A stretch of 64,000 nucleotides of DNA from Nannocystaceae bacterium (GTDB taxonomy: Bacteria; Myxococcota_A; Polyangia; Nannocystales; Nannocystaceae): contig JAGOHL010000017.1 of the NCBI GenBank assembly GCA_017996215.1, positions 60,118 through 124,117 on the forward strand, written 5' to 3'. Shown one piece after another: positions 20,415-28,344 of this stretch (its first letter is position 1; every line of letters starts with the position of its first letter). Under the pieces are notes generated by a model that was not told where the DNA came from, did not search any database, and was given only the letters and a program-made list of their open reading frames with translations. The position numbers and the translations under genes are program-made.

Positions 20415-21221
20415 CTACCGATGCAGCACTCGGGCGGGTTCTCGAAACGCACGCAGGAACCACAGCACACCCGCGGCGAGCACCGCCAACGAGAACAGCC
20501 CGCACACCAGCCCCCAGATCCAGTACGTGCCCCCGAGTGCCTGCGCGATCACGGCGGTGTCCGACGGCATGTTGCCGACCGCGGTCGCGGCGACGTCGGT
20601 GAAGAGGTAGTCGGCCCGCGAGAACACCGACAGCGCCAGCTGGGTCGCGAGGAACACCGCGCCCAGCTGGGCGGACGCCGCGTTGCCGCGCACCGCCAGC
20701 CACACGAGCACGCCAGCGACGACGGCAGTGAAGCCGATGCCGAAGCCGTTGCGCACGAACAACGCCAGCGCGAGCACCAGGCCGATCGCAGTGAGCCACA
20801 GGAACGCCCGCGCGCCGCGTCGCGAGCGACCCGAGGCGAACGCGATCGCGGCCACGATCGCAGGCCCGAGCAGTCCGCCCGCGGCGGTGATCGCATGGGT
20901 GACGGCGCCGCCCGAGCCGCTGTGACTCGCGACGCCGGAGCCGTCGGCATACATCACCAACGACTCGAAGCGCCCGCCGGTGAGCATCGCGGCGACGCCG
21001 TGCCCGAGCTCGTGGAACAGCGTCGACAGCAGCAACAGCGGGTAGGCCAGCAACGCGCCGAACGGAATCAGATACAGCGCGAGCGTGAGCACCACGCTCC
21101 ACTTCAGGGCGGCGCGCGCACGGCGGCGCGCTGCCGCGTCCTCGAGCCAGTCGGACAATTGTCGCGATCCCATGCGCAGTGCTCCCCCCGAATTGCTGCA
21201 CCCTCCAACGGCCCGGCGCAA
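20415..21221 (-). CDS. M50-family (site-2-protease-like) membrane metallopeptidase
   Basis: HExxH 'HELGHG' inside a TM helix plus multiple TM segments. 268 aa, no PDZ domain. Lies 117 bp upstream of the ECF sigma gene on the same strand. Confidence 0.65.
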   Translation of the reverse strand: MRRAVGGCSNSGGALRMGSRQLSDWLEDAAARRRARAALKWSVVLTLALYLIPFGALLAYPLLLLSTLFHELGHGVAAMLTGGRFESLVMYADGSGVASHSGSGGAVTHAITAAGGLLGPAIVAAIAFASGRSRRGARAFLWLTAIGLVLALALFVRNGFGIGFTAVVAGVLVWLAVRGNAASAQLGAVFLATQLALSVFSRADYLFTDVAATAVGNMPSDTAVIAQALGGTYWIWGLVCGLFSLAVLAAGVLWFLRAFREPARVLHR

Positions 21222-21261
21222 CCCGAGGTCTGCACGGGAATGCTGCTACACTCGCGCGCGT

Positions 21262-21633
21262 TTGGAACCCGCACGACGACGGACCCAGGCGACCGCCGCT
21301 GCATCGCGAACTTCCATCGCGATCGCGCTGGTCGTGGCACTCGCGTGGGCGTGCGGCAGCGTCGAGCCCGATGACGGCGGCGCGAGTCATGGTGGCGCGA
21401 CCGCGGGCAGCGACGGCTCGGGCGCCGACAGCTCCGCAGGCTGCACACCAGGCGCAGAGGGCTGCGCATGCACGCCCGGTGGCGCATGCGACGGCGTGCT
21501 CACCTGCCTGTCGAACCTCTGCGTCGACGCCGGACCGATGTGCCCCGTCGGTGAAGAGGGCTGCCCCTGCACCCGGGGTGGCACGTGCGATCCCGGCCTG
21601 CAGTGCGTGTCGACGACCTGCGTCGCGCCGTGA
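21262..21633 (+). CDS. Small secreted cysteine-rich repeat protein (Myxococcales-type Cys-rich repeats)
   Basis: TTG start at 21262 gives a clean signal peptide (MEPARRRTQATAAASRTSIAIALVVALAWAC). Mature part carries 3 tandem 'CxPGxxGCxCTxGGxCDxGLxC' units with 14 Cys. Confidence 0.5.
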   Translation: MEPARRRTQATAAASRTSIAIALVVALAWACGSVEPDDGGASHGGATAGSDGSGADSSAGCTPGAEGCACTPGGACDGVLTCLSNLCVDAGPMCPVGEEGCPCTRGGTCDPGLQCVSTTCVAP

Positions 21634-21652
21634 AGGCGCACCGCCGCCCGCG

Positions 21653-22558
21653 TCAGGGAGCCGGTGCGACGGCGCCGTCGGGCGCTGCCTTCGTGGGCTG
21701 CACGGCCTCGGCACCACCGGTCGGCATCGCGAACTTCGTGCCGTCGACGGGCACGTTGAACTCGACCACCGTGAGCGTCTGCGTGGCCTTCGCGATGCTG
21801 ATGTCCATCACTTGCTGGTAGGGCAGCTTGAAACCGTCGACCTCGCGATAGTCCTCGAGCTTGACCGACACCGGCGTGTCGCCCAGCGGCGAGGCCTGGC
21901 TGAACGCGTGGGCGACCTGCAGGCCGGACGCAGCATCGAAGCTGAGCGTGACCTTGGTGCCGCTCTTGGCCGCGAGCTCGACGTCGTAGACCTTCTTGCC
22001 GTCGAGGTCGCGCTCGCCGACCGTCTTCGCGGTCTCGAAGTAGCGCTGCCACTGGGCCGGCAGCGACGGGCTCGAGGCCCACGCCTGCTGCTCGGCCTCG
22101 ACGCCGGTCAGCTTCCGCAGGCCGCTGATCGGGTCTTCGGACCAGCTGACGTCGCCCTGCTTGCCGGCGCGCACGGTGCCGATGCCGACCATGGTCTGCT
22201 CGCTGTAGAAGTCGCCGTTCTTCCACCACAGCTTCATGTCGCCCGTGATGTTCTGGCCGCTGACCGCCACCGTGCCCTCGAGGTGAAGGCTCTCGAGCGC
22301 GTCGACCTTGGCCTTGCCGCCCTGGGCCTCGACGGCCTTGGCGAGCAGCGTCTCGGCGCTCGGGAGCCCGGCCGCAGCGGCGTCACTGCCACCGGCCTCG
22401 GCCTTGCCACCGTCGGCCTTGTCGGTCGCAGCCTTGCCGCCGTCGGCCTTGGCGGCCGTCGCCTTGCCACCGTCGGTGGTGGCGTCCTTCTTGTCGTCGC
22501 AGCCGGCCGCGAACACGAAGCTCGCGAGCACGAAGGTCAGCAGCGCTGGGGCACGCAT
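21653..22558 (-). CDS. Hypothetical lipoprotein with (A/K/D/G)-rich repeat linker
   Basis: Signal peptide with lipobox 'FAAGC'. 'KADGGKA' repeats, then a ~230 aa globular region. ATG overlaps the stop of the upstream S41 peptidase (TGATG). Confidence 0.65.
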   Translation of the reverse strand: MRAPALLTFVLASFVFAAGCDDKKDATTDGGKATAAKADGGKAATDKADGGKAEAGGSDAAAAGLPSAETLLAKAVEAQGGKAKVDALESLHLEGTVAVSGQNITGDMKLWWKNGDFYSEQTMVGIGTVRAGKQGDVSWSEDPISGLRKLTGVEAEQQAWASSPSLPAQWQRYFETAKTVGERDLDGKKVYDVELAAKSGTKVTLSFDAASGLQVAHAFSQASPLGDTPVSVKLEDYREVDGFKLPYQQVMDISIAKATQTLTVVEFNVPVDGTKFAMPTGGAEAVQPTKAAPDGAVAPAP

Positions 22559-24015
22559 CAGTGGGTTTCTCCTGCGGGAGGGGTCGGAGCGGGGGTGGCC
22601 GTCGAGCCGCCCAGCGACGCCACCGCGGCGTCGAGGACCGGATCGTGGCCCGCGGCGAAGTCGGCACGATGCTCGGGTACCACGACATCGGGGACCACGC
22701 CGACCCCCTCGACGAGCTCGCCCTTGGGCGAGCGGTAGTCGCCGACGACGTACTGCAGGATCGCGCCGCCCGGCAGCTCGTCGATCACCGACGGCAACGC
22801 GGCGCCGGCCGAGGGGCGCGCCCCGAACACCTTCACGCGATCGAGGTCGCGGAGGCCGGCCGCAAAGATCTCCGAGGTGCTCGCGGTGCCCTCGTCGACC
22901 AACAGCGCGATGGGGCCGGCGAACGCCAGCGGGTTGCCCTCGACGTTGAACTCCTGGGCGAAGTCGCGAAACTGCAGCTTGCCGAGGCTGCCGGGCGACT
23001 GCAGCAACATGCGTGCGACCGGCACGCTCATCGCACCGACGCCGCCAGGGTTGCCGCGCAGATCGAGCACCAACGCGGTCATGCCCTGGCTGCGCAGCTC
23101 GTTCATGCCGGTCTCGACGCGCTTGACCATCGGCAGCATCCACACGTTGAACGCGAGGTAGCCGACGGTGGTGCCCGGCACCATGCGGTGCTCGACGCGG
23201 GTCGGGATGTTCTCGAGGTTGCCGAGCGTCACGCGCTCGCCCTCGGGATCGGTGCAGGTCAGCACGCGCACGAGCTTGCGCTCGCTGCCGGGCTCCGCGA
23301 CCTCGAGCTTCTTGGTCTGTCCCGGGCGCGCGCACGACAGCCGCGCCTCGGCGACGCGCGCGATCTCGAAGGCGAACGCCGACTCGCGCTCGGCGTGTCC
23401 GCGCACGCGCGTGATCGCGGCGCCGAAGTCCTGCCCGTCGATGGCCAGCAGCGCGGCCCCGGCCGCGACCGGTCCGAGGTGTCCGGTCGCGTGGCTCTCG
23501 ACCACCACCAGGCTGTCGTCGACCCAACGCACGCGCAACGGTGGCGTCGCGGTGCCCTCGCGCTGGTCTTCGTCGGCCGCGCCGTCGGGCGGGAACAGCC
23601 GGAAGTGACTCTGCCCGAGCTCACCGAGCATCTCGTTGATGATCGCGTACGCGCGCGTGGCATCGTCGACACCGACGAGCCGCTGGGCGTACTGCAGGCG
23701 CAGCGCGGGCCAGTCCTTGCAGCCGAGCTTCGGGTCGTAGTGCTTCTCGAGCACCTTGAGCCACACCTGCTGCAACACCTCGACGAACTTGCCCTCCGGC
23801 AGCGGTGGCAGCGACGCGGGATCCAGCGTGGAGTAGTCGGTGCAGGCGGCCGGGTCGCGCACCGGGGCACCGCTGCGGTCCTTCTCGGCCGCGTGCGGAT
23901 CGGCCGGCGCCGCGACGGCCGCCGGGGTCGACACCGGGCTCGACTCGCCGCACGCGGGCGCAGCGATCGCTGCACACCACCACCATCGAAGGTGCCCTCG
24001 ACGACGCGCGATCAT
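22558..24015 (-). CDS. S41-family peptidase (C-terminal processing / tail-specific protease-like)
   Basis: Lipoprotein signal (AAIAAPAC). Catalytic core 'LVLDLRGNPGG' and typical S41 segments. Start at internal ATG 24015; the track ORF runs to 24426 through low-complexity sequence. Stop overlaps the next gene. Confidence 0.8.
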   Translation of the reverse strand: MIARRRGHLRWWWCAAIAAPACGESSPVSTPAAVAAPADPHAAEKDRSGAPVRDPAACTDYSTLDPASLPPLPEGKFVEVLQQVWLKVLEKHYDPKLGCKDWPALRLQYAQRLVGVDDATRAYAIINEMLGELGQSHFRLFPPDGAADEDQREGTATPPLRVRWVDDSLVVVESHATGHLGPVAAGAALLAIDGQDFGAAITRVRGHAERESAFAFEIARVAEARLSCARPGQTKKLEVAEPGSERKLVRVLTCTDPEGERVTLGNLENIPTRVEHRMVPGTTVGYLAFNVWMLPMVKRVETGMNELRSQGMTALVLDLRGNPGGVGAMSVPVARMLLQSPGSLGKLQFRDFAQEFNVEGNPLAFAGPIALLVDEGTASTSEIFAAGLRDLDRVKVFGARPSAGAALPSVIDELPGGAILQYVVGDYRSPKGELVEGVGVVPDVVVPEHRADFAAGHDPVLDAAVASLGGSTATPAPTPPAGETH

Positions 24016-24719
24016 TCGTAGGTGACGCGCTCGAGCGCCGACAGATCCAACACGACGATCTCCTGGCGGCTCAGGTTCAGGATGCCGTTGCGCTGCATCC
24101 GGTTGAGCGCGCGCGAGATCTCCTCGCGGACGGTGCCCAGGCGCGCCGCGACGGTGTTCATGTCGAGCTGGCGCGGGATCACGGTCTGCTTGCCGGGCTC
24201 GGCCCCGTTGCGCACCGCGAGCGTGAAGAGGAACGAGGCCAGCCGACGCTCGACCGAACGCAGCGACAGGTCGAGCACGAGATCGATGAGGCGGTTGGCG
24301 CGGAAGGCCATGTGGCGCATCAGCGCGAACGCGAGCGCCTCGGATCGGGCGGTGAGCTTGACGACCGCGTCGGTCTCGAAGCGATACACCTCGGAGTCGG
24401 CCATCGCGAAGGCACTCGCGGCGCACTGCACGTCGCGGGGCAGAAAGCCCTCGCCGATCATCTTGCCGGGCTCCGCGAGGTAGAGGATCTGCTCGCGACC
24501 CTCGCTCGAGATCAGGCTCAGCTTGAACTCGCCCGACTTGACCAGGAACAAGCCCGGGCCGGGCTCACCGCGGCGGAACAACGAGCGCTTGCGCTTGACG
24601 TCGAGCAGCTCCGCGATCTGGTTCAGTTGTCCGAGCACGTCGTCGGGCACGCGGTCCCAACCTGCCCAACGCTTGAGCATCTTCGAGACCAGCTCGGCAT
24701 CCGCGGCGTCGACAGCCAT
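24012..24719 (-). CDS. Crp/Fnr-family transcriptional regulator
   Basis: cNMP-binding beta-roll (LFLVKSGEFKLSLISSEGREQILYLAEPGKMIGE) and C-terminal HTH (RQLDMNTVAARLGTVREEISRALNRMQRNG). Start ATG 24719. Stop abuts the S41 peptidase start. Confidence 0.8.
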   Translation of the reverse strand: MAVDAADAELVSKMLKRWAGWDRVPDDVLGQLNQIAELLDVKRKRSLFRRGEPGPGLFLVKSGEFKLSLISSEGREQILYLAEPGKMIGEGFLPRDVQCAASAFAMADSEVYRFETDAVVKLTARSEALAFALMRHMAFRANRLIDLVLDLSLRSVERRLASFLFTLAVRNGAEPGKQTVIPRQLDMNTVAARLGTVREEISRALNRMQRNGILNLSRQEIVVLDLSALERVTYE

Positions 24720-24867
24720 GCGCGGAGTGTAACCCCATGCGCACGCGCACGCGACACTTCTCACGCGCGATCGCGGGTCTTTCCTGCCCCTCGCAGGGCC
24801 CCGCCGCCACCGGGCGCCGGCGGCCCCGGGCCCTCGAGGCCGGCGCCTGTTGGGGGCACCCGCAACC

Positions 24868-25224
24868 CTACGCGGGGTCGGGCACGGGCTCGAAGCGCCC
24901 ACCGCGAAAGCGGCCCCGCTTGGGGCCGAGCGGCTCGGCCTCGTGCGAGAGCTGCCGCAGCCAAGTCCACGCGTAGATGCCAGCGTCGTGACCGTCCGAG
25001 AAGCGGATGCCGAGCGCGTACGCGCCCATCTCGTAGAGTCCGACGGCGGCGATGTCCGGCGCCACCTCGAGCTGGCGGACGACGTCGCCGTGGCCCTGGC
25101 ACTGCGCGCACGGGCACCAGCTGCGAAGGTAGGGGATCGCCAGCTCGCTGTGGCTGCCGTCGTCCCACGTCACCAGCAACGCGTTGCGTCCGATCGAGTG
25201 CGCGATGTCGGTCGGTGCGCCCAT
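24868..25224 (-). CDS. DUF971 (gamma-butyrobetaine hydroxylase N-terminal-like) domain protein
   Basis: 118 aa from ATG 25224: 'LLVTWDDGSHSELAIPYLRSWCPCAQCQGH...GIRFSDGHDAGIYAWTWLRQL' matches the DUF971 fold with its Zn-binding Cys pair. Confidence 0.65.
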   Translation of the reverse strand: MGAPTDIAHSIGRNALLVTWDDGSHSELAIPYLRSWCPCAQCQGHGDVVRQLEVAPDIAAVGLYEMGAYALGIRFSDGHDAGIYAWTWLRQLSHEAEPLGPKRGRFRGGRFEPVPDPA

Positions 25225-25651
25225 GGCCTCTCGCCGCACGAGACTACCACGCGCGCTTGAACGCGGAAGAGCCCCGCGCGACGATGCCGCGGTGCAGCGC
25301 CTGACCGTCCTCACCCTGGTGTCGTGCCTCGCGATCGCGTGCAGCCGCGAACCGACGCAGGCCGGCGAAGGCGGCGGCGAGGGCGGGGCCTCGACCGGCA
25401 ACTTCGACGACGAGCTCGAGCAGAGCTGTCGACCGTGGTGCATGCACAACGCCGACTGCAACCCCGGCTCGACCGACCTCGAGACCTGCACCGCGTCGTG
25501 CGTCGAGATGAACTCGCACTACGAGGCGCAGGGCCCGGCGTGCCGCGATGCCGTCATCGCGCTGTACGACTGCCTGGCCGACGCCGCGTGCATGGACACC
25601 AGCGTGTGCCAGGGCGCCAGCAACGCCCGCACCGCGGCGTGTGGCGCGTAG
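25223..25651 (+). CDS. Small secreted cysteine-rich lipoprotein
   Basis: Signal peptide with lipobox 'LAIAC' preceded by an SRRTRL (Tat-like) n-region if ATG 25223 is used. GTG 25292 is an alternative start. Mature region has 9 Cys. Confidence 0.5.
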   Translation: MASRRTRLPRALERGRAPRDDAAVQRLTVLTLVSCLAIACSREPTQAGEGGGEGGASTGNFDDELEQSCRPWCMHNADCNPGSTDLETCTASCVEMNSHYEAQGPACRDAVIALYDCLADAACMDTSVCQGASNARTAACGA

Positions 25652-25664
25652 GCCCACGCGCGCG

Positions 25665-26534
25665 TCAGCTGCCCATCGCCCGCAACACGCCGTCGAGGCG
25701 GTGACACAGCTCGACCGGCACCCACAGGCGCCGGCCCTGCGCGTCGCCGCGAAACGCCAGCCCACAGTGCTCGAGCTCGGTGCACGGCGTGGTCGGCTGT
25801 GCCGCGTCGCCGACCGCGAGCGCCAGGGTCGGCTGCGACAACACGGCTTCGATCGCACGCTCGTCGAGGCGATCGCGAACCAGCACCGCCAGCAGCTCGA
25901 GCGCCGCGGTCGACAGCGTCGCCACCAGGATCCCCAGCAGGTGATCGTCGCGCAGCACTCGCTCGACGTCGGCGGCGAGCAGCATGCGGGCCTCCGGATC
26001 GCCGTCGGCGCCCAACCGGCGCGACAGGCCCAAACGACGCGCGATGGCGCCGAGCGTGGCCTCGTCGGCGTCGCCGAGACCCGTCCGCAGCGAGCGTGGG
26101 CGCAGCTCGTTGGCCGCGGGGGCTTCGTCCTCGGGCGCGCGATGGGGATGAACGAGCGGTGCCGACAGCTCCGAGGGATCGACGCGGATCGCGAGCTCGA
26201 ACGAACGCAGGCGCGCGCGCTCGTGGCCGTTGAGACCGGCCACCACCGCACGCACGACCGCGTGCAGCGCCCGCGTGGCCTCGAGCACACCGGCGTCCGG
26301 GGCCGCGGCGTCGTCACGCCCGAGATAGCGGGCGGTCACGGCATCGGCATGGGCCAGGCGCGACACCAACTCGCTGGGCCAGCTCGCGAACGCATGCCCG
26401 CTCGCCTGCAAGGCACGCAGGAACCGCGCGACGCTTCGCCGCGTCGCACGGACCTCGTCGACCGCCATGGTGGTCGGCGGCAGCTCGGGTTCGGACGCGA
26501 CGAGCCGCAGATGATGGGTCGACTCGGAGCTCAT
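25665..26534 (-). CDS. Hypothetical protein
   Basis: 289 aa from ATG 26534. Ala/Leu/Arg/Asp-rich with helical, protein-like composition, versus junk-like overlapping frames. No recognised motif. Confidence 0.4.
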   Translation of the reverse strand: MSSESTHHLRLVASEPELPPTTMAVDEVRATRRSVARFLRALQASGHAFASWPSELVSRLAHADAVTARYLGRDDAAAPDAGVLEATRALHAVVRAVVAGLNGHERARLRSFELAIRVDPSELSAPLVHPHRAPEDEAPAANELRPRSLRTGLGDADEATLGAIARRLGLSRRLGADGDPEARMLLAADVERVLRDDHLLGILVATLSTAALELLAVLVRDRLDERAIEAVLSQPTLALAVGDAAQPTTPCTELEHCGLAFRGDAQGRRLWVPVELCHRLDGVLRAMGS

Positions 26535-26619
26535 GCTTGCTCTGCATCGCCGCACGAGCGCGGGTCCTTGAAGCCCGTGGCGCGCAGCCGTAGCCCGATC
26601 CCGGCCGCACGGAGCACCG

Positions 26620-26667
26620 CTTCGGCCGGAAATTTGTTCGGCCGCTGCCTACATGTAGGATAGTGGC
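26620..26667 (+). promoter_or_regulatory. Promoter-like element plus 10-bp palindrome directly upstream of the roadblock-like gene
   Basis: TTGTTC-N16-TAGGAT ends about 6 nt before ATG 26668, implying a leaderless or near-leaderless transcript. Perfect palindrome CTACATGTAG (26649..26658) overlaps the spacer and -10. Confidence 0.3.
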
Positions 26668-27102
26668 ATGGACCCCGAGAACCCCCGTTTTCACGGTCAG
26701 AAGAGCTTCCGCGTGCAGCCGCTCCCGCGCCCGGGCGGACCCCTCTTCGACCGTCGCAAGCGGCGGTCGAGCTCGACGGCGGTGGCGATCGAGCTCGCAC
26801 TGACCAGCGCCGCGGCGCGGGCCAAGCTCGACGCGCTGCTGGTCGTCGACGACGACGGCATGCTGGTCGCACGCTCGCGGGGTTCGCTGGATCTCTCGAT
26901 GCTCGCCGCAGTGACGCCCATCGTGGGCCGCGGGCAGGCCATCCCGCGCATCAAGCGGGACGGTCGCGCGCTCGATCTGAGCGTCGAGACCATCGAGATC
27001 GACGGTGAGCGCTTCTATGTCGCGGCGCTCGGCGGCCGCTACCTCGAGCGCAAGCGCGAGCTCGACTCCGGCGCGCTCGCGGCCCGCCGCATCCTCGCGT
27101 GA
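26668..27102 (+). CDS. Small roadblock/LC7-like domain protein (possible MglB-like regulatory module)
   Basis: 144 aa. Core 'LDALLVVDDDGMLVARSRGSLDLSMLAAVTPIVG...LSVETIEIDGERFYVAALGG' resembles the roadblock/LC7 fold. A promoter-like element and palindrome sit directly upstream. Confidence 0.45.
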   Translation: MDPENPRFHGQKSFRVQPLPRPGGPLFDRRKRRSSSTAVAIELALTSAAARAKLDALLVVDDDGMLVARSRGSLDLSMLAAVTPIVGRGQAIPRIKRDGRALDLSVETIEIDGERFYVAALGGRYLERKRELDSGALAARRILA

Positions 27103-27109
27103 GCAACGG

Positions 27110-28309
27110 CTACGGAGCCCCGAGCGCCCGGATCGCCGCGGTGACGCCGACGTCCTTCTCGCCCACGACCGGCATGTCTCCGGTCAACGCGACCGCGACG
27201 TCGGGTGTCACGCCGCTGCCGTCGACCAGGCGATCGTCGGGCGAGTAGTAGCGCGCGATCGTGAAGGTCGCGACCGAGCCGTCGGGCAGGCCCATCACCT
27301 CCTGCACGGTGCCCTTGCCATAGCTGCGCTCACCGACGACGCGCGCACGCCCGCGATCTTGCAGCGCGGCCGCCAACAGCTCCGATGCCGACGCGCTGTG
27401 GCGGTCCTGCAGCACGACGATCGGCGTGGCGAGATCGGTGCCAGGGGCGTGTGCGGACTCCTCGCGCAGGATTCGCCCGCCACGTCCGCGGGTCCGCATC
27501 AACACCCCGTCGGCGACGAAGGTATCGGCGATGACCAGCGCCTCACCGACCTCGCCGCCGGGGTTGCCGCGCAGGTCGATCACGATGCCGGCGAGGTCCT
27601 TGCCGAGCGCGTGGCGTCGGGCCTCGATCGCGCGCTTGAACGCGTCGCCGCTCTCGGCCCCGAAGCGCCGCAGGACCACGTGCACGTAGCTGCGCCCAGC
27701 CTCGTCGCGCACGACCGCGGTCTCGAGCATCTTCGTGCTGGGGCGCGCCAGCACCAACTCGACCGCACGGGGGCCGTTGCCGTCGACGGGCTGGACCAAC
27801 AACGCGACCTCGTCGCCGATCGCACCGACCAGCAGGAGCTCGGCCTCGCGCTGCGACGCGAGCGCGTCGACGGACTTGCCGGCGATCTCGACCACCGCAT
27901 CGCCCGGGCGTAGGCCCTCGCGCGCCGCCGGGGAGTCGGGCGCCACCGCCAGCACCTCGAGGCGACGCGCTCGCGAAGCAGCTTCGGTGCGCATCGCGAC
28001 TGCAAGCCCGGTCTCACCCGAGTGCTTGTGGCGGCGCAGCGCCTTGCGATCGGCGGCGCTCAGGAAGTGACTGTGGGGATCGAGCTCGCCCAACATCGCC
28101 GAAAGCCCCGCGGACAACAACGCGGCCTCGTCGACCGGCTCGTAGTAGCGGGAGAACACCGCCTCCACCGCCTGGTCGAAGCCCGCACGATCGAGCCGCG
28201 GCGCCGATGCAGCCCGCAGACCGGGCTCCAGCGCCGCAGTTGCGACCAGGGTGCACACCACACCGAGCGCAAACCCCACGGCGCCGATTCGACGCTTCAT
28301 CCCAACCAT
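27110..28309 (-). CDS. S41-family carboxyl-terminal processing peptidase (CtpA-like) with PDZ domain
   Basis: Signal/TM (IGAVGFALGVVCTLVATAAL), PDZ segment (GDAVVEIAGKSVD) and S41 core 'IVIDLRGNPGG...ASASE'. Start ATG 28309 (or 28300). Confidence 0.85.
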   Translation of the reverse strand: MVGMKRRIGAVGFALGVVCTLVATAALEPGLRAASAPRLDRAGFDQAVEAVFSRYYEPVDEAALLSAGLSAMLGELDPHSHFLSAADRKALRRHKHSGETGLAVAMRTEAASRARRLEVLAVAPDSPAAREGLRPGDAVVEIAGKSVDALASQREAELLLVGAIGDEVALLVQPVDGNGPRAVELVLARPSTKMLETAVVRDEAGRSYVHVVLRRFGAESGDAFKRAIEARRHALGKDLAGIVIDLRGNPGGEVGEALVIADTFVADGVLMRTRGRGGRILREESAHAPGTDLATPIVVLQDRHSASASELLAAALQDRGRARVVGERSYGKGTVQEVMGLPDGSVATFTIARYYSPDDRLVDGSGVTPDVAVALTGDMPVVGEKDVGVTAAIRALGAP

Positions 28310-28344
28310 CGTGGCGTATCCTCCGCGCGAGGTCAAAGCACCCC

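Noticed and set aside
22375-22500. Imperfect 18-21-bp DNA repeats encoding the 'KADGGKA' linker of the lipoprotein
   Set aside because: Real, but the copies are degenerate at the DNA level (unlike the 58.1 kb repeat). Treated as an ordinary low-complexity linker rather than a variable tandem repeat.
22558-24426. Track ORF extensions upstream of chosen starts (e.g. S41 peptidase to 24426, kinase to 49444, HflK-like to 5364, MVP to 43101)
   Set aside because: The N-terminal extensions are low-complexity and precede obvious signal peptides or conserved N-termini. For the kinase, the extension is antisense to the sigma gene. Internal starts were adopted.
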